Below are positions 62,331 through 64,000 of a stretch of DNA of 64,000 nt, piece after piece; the stretch's first letter is position 1, and every line of letters begins with the position of its first letter. The notes under the pieces are model-generated. The model did not search any database. It was not told the DNA's origin and worked only from the letters and a program-made list of their open reading frames with translations. The translations under genes and the position numbers were made by a program. Source of the stretch: an uncultured Spirochaetaceae bacterium (GTDB lineage Bacteria; Spirochaetota; Spirochaetia; DSM-27196; SLST01); NCBI GenBank assembly GCA_964458555.1, contig CAYWJH010000001.1, positions 52,031 through 116,030 on the forward strand, written 5' to 3'.

Positions 62331-62999
62331 ATGAGAGAAGCGAATTCGCGCGCACACCTCACGCGCCTCGTATCCGACCACAACTACCTGGGTGCTCAGC
62401 TCTACCTCCGGGAGGCCGACCTCGAGCGCGACGAGAGGAACGAGCTTCTGGGCATGCTCGCCACGGCGGTCGTCGAGGAGCTCAGCCGAACGCGTAGGGA
62501 CGACCGCGAGCGGATCGTCTATCTGCGCAGCGTGCTTGCGTGGATCCTGCGCGAGGTGCCGGGGCTCGGCTCTCTGTACCGGGAGCAGCTCCGCGGCGCC
62601 GCCGCCGGTGGCGATGCGTTCTCGCAGCTCACGCGCGGCTTGCGCACCTTCGGCGACGTAGCCGCGGGGCGCACGTCGTTCTCCGACGCCGCCGACGAGG
62701 CGCGGCACGATTTCGAGGACGCCACCGAACGGTTTCGCTCCGGCGAGTCGTCGGAGCAGGTCGACGACTTCCTCTCCTCCGCGGAGAAGGGAATCCGCGA
62801 CGGGCTCGATCAGCTCGGCGCGTTCTTTCGGGTGATGAACGAGGAGCGCTCACGCTCCTCGGGTTCCGGTGACGAGGAGGCTGCCGAGCGCGATGAAGAG
62901 GCTCGCGCGGCCGCCCGGGCGGACAGCGAGTCGGACGTCGAGGACGCGGAGTTCACGCCGGAGCACGAGGCGCAGGACATCAACGTCGAGCGCGAGTAG
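62331..62999 (+). CDS. Hypothetical acidic 222-aa protein
   Basis: High GC3. The start lies 29 nt after the upstream stop. The C-terminal tail is rich in Glu/Asp. No family was recognised. Confidence 0.55.
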   Translation: MREANSRAHLTRLVSDHNYLGAQLYLREADLERDERNELLGMLATAVVEELSRTRRDDRERIVYLRSVLAWILREVPGLGSLYREQLRGAAAGGDAFSQLTRGLRTFGDVAAGRTSFSDAADEARHDFEDATERFRSGESSEQVDDFLSSAEKGIRDGLDQLGAFFRVMNEERSRSSGSGDEEAAERDEEARAAARADSESDVEDAEFTPEHEAQDINVERE

Positions 63000-63059
63000 G
63001 CGGACCCGAGCCGGGCGCGGGGACCTCAACCGTGCGAGCGCGTGCGACAGCGGGATTCG

Positions 63060-63893
63060 CTACTTCGGGGCACGCGCGGAGGCCGCGCGGTAGACGAGCG
63101 TTCGCGGGAGCAATCCCGACACCCGTTCGAGAAATCGGTTCGCGAGGCCCGGCACGACGACGACGTCTCGTCGCCGCGGCAGCCGCCCCGGGTGCCGGGC
63201 GAGCCGGCGCGCGGCTCGCTCGACGGCGCGCATCGAGCCGGCGACGACCGAGTCGGCATCCATCCACCTGATGAGCCCGCGATTGCGACCGCGCCGCTGG
63301 GTGTCCTCCGTGTCGTCGCGGTGGAAGTCGGTGAGCACGTAGCCGGGCGTGAGCGCCTGGACGACGAGCCCGTGCGGCGCCGTCTCGAGCGCGAGCGATT
63401 CGCTCAGCCGTTCGAGGTAGACCTTCGTCGCGACGTAGAGCGCCGATCCCGGCACGGCGACGCGCCCGGCGAGCGATCCCACGTTGATGACGACGCCCTC
63501 GTGGCGCGCCGTCATGCCCGCGAGGACCGCGTGCGCGAGGCGAAGCGGCACCTCCGCGTGGACCCGTAGCATCGCGCGCAGCGGCTCGATGTCGGCGGCG
63601 GCTACCGGCGCGTAGTGACCGAATCCCGCGTTGTTGACGAGGACGGAGACCGGCCCCGCGGAGATCGCATCGAGCAGACGCTCGACCGTCGACTCGTCGG
63701 CCAAATCGCCGACAACGAGGTCCACGCGCGTCGCTCCGCGATCGAGGAGGTCGTTCCGGCGTTCAGCGAGGAGACCGCCCCGTCGGCCGGTCACGAGAAG
63801 ACGAGCCCCTTGTGCGGCGAAGTGGCGGGCGTAGGCCCGACCGATCCCGCTCGTGGCGCCCGTGACGACAACTCTTTTTTCGTGGAAGTTCAC
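63060..63893 (-). CDS. Short-chain dehydrogenase/reductase (SDR)
   Basis: VVVTGATSGIGRA, NNAGF and the YVATKVY catalytic motif. Confidence 0.88.
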   Translation of the reverse strand: MNFHEKRVVVTGATSGIGRAYARHFAAQGARLLVTGRRGGLLAERRNDLLDRGATRVDLVVGDLADESTVERLLDAISAGPVSVLVNNAGFGHYAPVAAADIEPLRAMLRVHAEVPLRLAHAVLAGMTARHEGVVINVGSLAGRVAVPGSALYVATKVYLERLSESLALETAPHGLVVQALTPGYVLTDFHRDDTEDTQRRGRNRGLIRWMDADSVVAGSMRAVERAARRLARHPGRLPRRRDVVVVPGLANRFLERVSGLLPRTLVYRAASARAPK

Positions 63894-64000
63894 CGTATCT
63901 GTTACCTTTGTCCGGAGTCGTTGTTGTTTGAGTGAAAGGGAGGGATAGTCCTCCTTGGTTTTGTGGCCGCTGGGTCGGCGCTTCCGGAGATTTCGACCTC

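Noticed and set aside
60637-62355. A 572-aa minus-strand ORF
   Set aside because: It is out of frame or antisense relative to the OmpA-like and DUF2807-like genes, and it is Arg-rich.
1-64000. A scan for a mobile element, prophage, genomic island, CRISPR array or toxin-antitoxin pairs
   Set aside because: I recognised no integrase, transposase, recombinase, Cas, phage structural or TA-type genes. I saw no long direct or inverted repeats and no obvious compositional break. The two short tandem duplications are in-frame coding repeats, not CRISPR.

Overview
This is a GC-rich bacterial chromosomal window (roughly two-thirds G+C by eye, not computed). It is densely coding on both strands, with about 60 CDS. 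I recognised no rRNA, tRNA, CRISPR array, transposase, integrase or phage genes.

Gene content, in order:
- Left third: a tandem ABC exporter pair; a dus / radical-SAM relic / pcm / THUMP-methyltransferase operon; an MCP chemoreceptor; a GuaD-type deaminase and a PFK-family kinase; a Lon-N-domain protein; a ComFB-domain operon; and a DUF3311 plus sodium:solute symporter pair.
- Middle: an Hpt-REC-GGDEF cyclase; Rrf2 and RecQ; a Cys-type sulfatase; an LMW-PTP plus fructosamine-kinase pair; UbiB, SixA and a flavodoxin-like reductase; a suf operon (DUF59-sufCBD-Rieske); tsaC; and a six-gene operon holding an FNR-like reductase, miaB, mtaB, an unknown, an SPL-like radical SAM and a DksA-like protein, divergent from lipA.
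- Right third: GH38 mannosidase plus a LamG protein; thpR divergent from ligA; an atypical class III cyclase; two flavoproteins; a zinc-ribbon gene plus a 598-aa unknown; an aldo/keto reductase (AKR); lgt, an acyltransferase and a metallophosphoesterase; and envelope proteins.

The ORF track contains many long Arg/Ala/Gly/Asp-rich shadow ORFs antisense to real genes. These were rejected.

I did not find a convincing self-contained novel system such as a defence island. The best leads are:
- the clustering of sulfur-inserting radical-SAM enzymes around an FNR-type reductase, with a shared divergent promoter;
- -10 boxes placed 5-10 nt upstream of many start codons, which implies leaderless or near-leaderless mRNAs, including divergent gene pairs whose -10 boxes overlap;
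- a ComFB-fusion membrane operon;
- an atypical class III cyclase;
- an uncharacterised zinc-ribbon plus helical-protein pair;
- a decayed radical-SAM gene.

All family calls come from motif recognition by eye and need HMM or BLAST confirmation.
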